The position numbers and the translations under genes are program-made. The notes below the pieces were generated by a model that searched no databases, was not told where the DNA came from, and worked only from the letters and a program-made list of their open reading frames with translations. A stretch of 32,000 nucleotides of DNA from Geotalea uraniireducens Rf4 (lineage in GTDB: Bacteria > Desulfobacterota > Desulfuromonadia > Geobacterales > Geobacteraceae), in NCBI RefSeq assembly GCF_000016745.1, contig NC_009483.1:930001-962000 (forward strand). The letters are read 5' to 3'. Below, in pieces: positions 30,776 through 32,000 of the stretch (positions are counted from its first letter, which is position 1; each line of letters begins with the position of its first letter).

Positions 30776-32000
30776 TCAGCCTGCGCCCGCAGGAGCACGG
30801 GCAAACATGACAGCCAGCGAGTGCGGCGGCAGTTCATAGGTTTTTCCTTCGACCGCCGGCGTCTCGTCCAACGGCACGATGTCGGCGGGAGATGCGAGGG
30901 AAGTGTCGAGCCAGCGGCGCCAGCCCACTCCCGGCTGCTTACGGACCAGGGGGAGCTCAAACGCGAGGGACTCCCGCCAGGCGTTGACCATGAGATGGAA
31001 GACGAAACGGCCGGTCAGGCTCCAGGTCGTGAGGGCAATGCTGTGCGAGTTATCTCCCCAGTCGGGCCGCCCCAGCCTTACGCCGTGCCACTCAAGCCGT
31101 GCCTGGCGGAGGAGCTGGTTGAGGGTCAGGTCGGGGTCCTCAACCGCCAGGTCGCGCTTCAGTCGTGCGTCAATCAAAAGACGCACGAAGCGGCGGACGT
31201 CGCTATGTTGCTCAAGCAGCCCCCAGTCGAACCAGCCGGTCTCATTGTCCTGGCAGTAAGCGTTGTTGTTTCCCCACTGGGTGCGGCGCACCTCGTCCCC
31301 CATGAGGAGCATCGGCGCGCCGAGGGCGAGGAGGGTTACCGTCAGGAAGTTCTTCACCTGGCGGTTGCGGAGCGCCTCGATTGCCGGGTCGTCGGAGGGG
31401 CCCTCGCCGCCGCAGTTCCAGCTCAGGTTGAGGTCGGTCCCGTCGCGATTCTCCTCGCCGTTGGCTTCGTTGTGCTTCCGGTTGTAGGAGACGAGGTCGT
31501 TGAGGGTGAAGCCGTCGTGGCAGGTGACGAAGTTGATGCTCTGCTCCGGTTCCCGTTCCTGGTGGCCGTAGATGTCGGGGCTGGCCAGGAGCCGCGAGGC
31601 GAAGCGGGTGACCGTGCCGGCGTCACCCCTGAGGAAGCTCCGCACGTCGTCACGGAACTTGCCGTTCCACTCCTTCCAGCTGTCGCCGATGAAGCTCCCC
31701 ACCTGGTAAAGGCCGGCCGCGTCCCAGGCCTCGGCAATCAGCTTGATCCCCGCCAGGGCCGGGTCCGTTTCGATGTCCCAGAGAAGCGGCGGGTTCTCCA
31801 GGAGGTCTCCACGCTCGTCGCGGGCGAGGATGGAGGCCAGATCGAAACGGAAGCCGTCCACGTGCATCTCCCTCACCCAGTAATGAATGCTGTCGCTGAT
31901 GAGCCGCCGGACGATGGGATTGTTGGCGTTGAGTGTGTTGCCGCAGCCGGAATAGTTGGCGTAGGTTTCGCCATCGGGCTCCAGCGTGTAGTAGAAATTA
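30776..32000 (-). CDS. glgX: glycogen debranching enzyme GlgX (GH13), C-terminal part; N-terminus lies beyond the right window edge
   Basis: The frame stays open to 32000 (the track lists only from an internal Met at 31876). GCGNTLNANNPIVRRLISDSIHYWVREMHVDGFRFDLASIL, KLIAEAWD and FVTCHDGFTLNDLVSYNRKHNEANGE are GH13 conserved regions II-IV as found in GlgX/isoamylases. Confidence 0.85.
   Translation of the reverse strand, partial: NFYYTLEPDGETYANYSGCGNTLNANNPIVRRLISDSIHYWVREMHVDGFRFDLASILARDERGDLLENPPLLWDIETDPALAGIKLIAEAWDAAGLYQVGSFIGDSWKEWNGKFRDDVRSFLRGDAGTVTRFASRLLASPDIYGHQEREPEQSINFVTCHDGFTLNDLVSYNRKHNEANGEENRDGTDLNLSWNCGGEGPSDDPAIEALRNRQVKNFLTVTLLALGAPMLLMGDEVRRTQWGNNNAYCQDNETGWFDWGLLEQHSDVRRFVRLLIDARLKRDLAVEDPDLTLNQLLRQARLEWHGVRLGRPDWGDNSHSIALTTWSLTGRFVFHLMVNAWRESLAFELPLVRKQPGVGWRRWLDTSLASPADIVPLDETPAVEGKTYELPPHSLAVMFARAPAGAG

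Noticed and set aside
30655-30960. 101-aa minus-strand ORF overlapping the glgX 3' end
   Set aside because: It is in an alternative frame of the clearly coding GlgX C-terminus, is Arg/Ser-rich and has no RBS.

Overview
The window looks like a chromosomal segment from a Desulfuromonadota/Geobacter-like anaerobe. That placement is an inference from gene content (multihaem cytochrome c, Ech-type [NiFe] hydrogenase, Sel1 protein) and from about 55-65% GC in the core genes. Almost all genes are on the minus strand. Left flank: a corrinoid/metal uptake cluster with a CbiM-PDGLE permease, a porin and a TonB-dependent receptor that is preceded by two tandem cobalamin riboswitches. Next come housekeeping and accessory genes: Sel1-repeat protein, thioesterase, GyrI-like protein, AraC regulator, methyltransferase, two toxin-antitoxin loci and a TetA-like MFS pump. 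Right flank: a Tat-exported flavoprotein with a tetrahaem cytochrome c, a partial group-4 [NiFe] hydrogenase module and glgX. The middle (about 12-25 kb) is mosaic accessory DNA. Its single ORFs are separated by attC-like imperfect palindromes. In these sites the R' box of one site complements the R'' box of the next site, which is the signature of integron gene cassettes. No integrase is visible in the window. There are two such mini-arrays, 11986-15566 and 23347-25030, and each is headed by a copy of a conserved 93-nt palindrome-bearing element. The first mini-array, together with an IR-flanked Y1 (HUH) transposase carrying a DnaA-C-like HTH, forms a 4864-bp AT-rich insert. That insert is bracketed by a perfect 116-bp duplication of the 5' end of the MFS gene. 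Other notable items are a dispersed TGACCCTTAT-type REP-like repeat family, a radical SAM/SPASM enzyme paired with a small Cys/Asp/Glu-rich protein, a cassette-borne RsgA-like GTPase, and a 1140-aa repeat lipoprotein. All functional calls come from reading motifs by eye; no database search was run.
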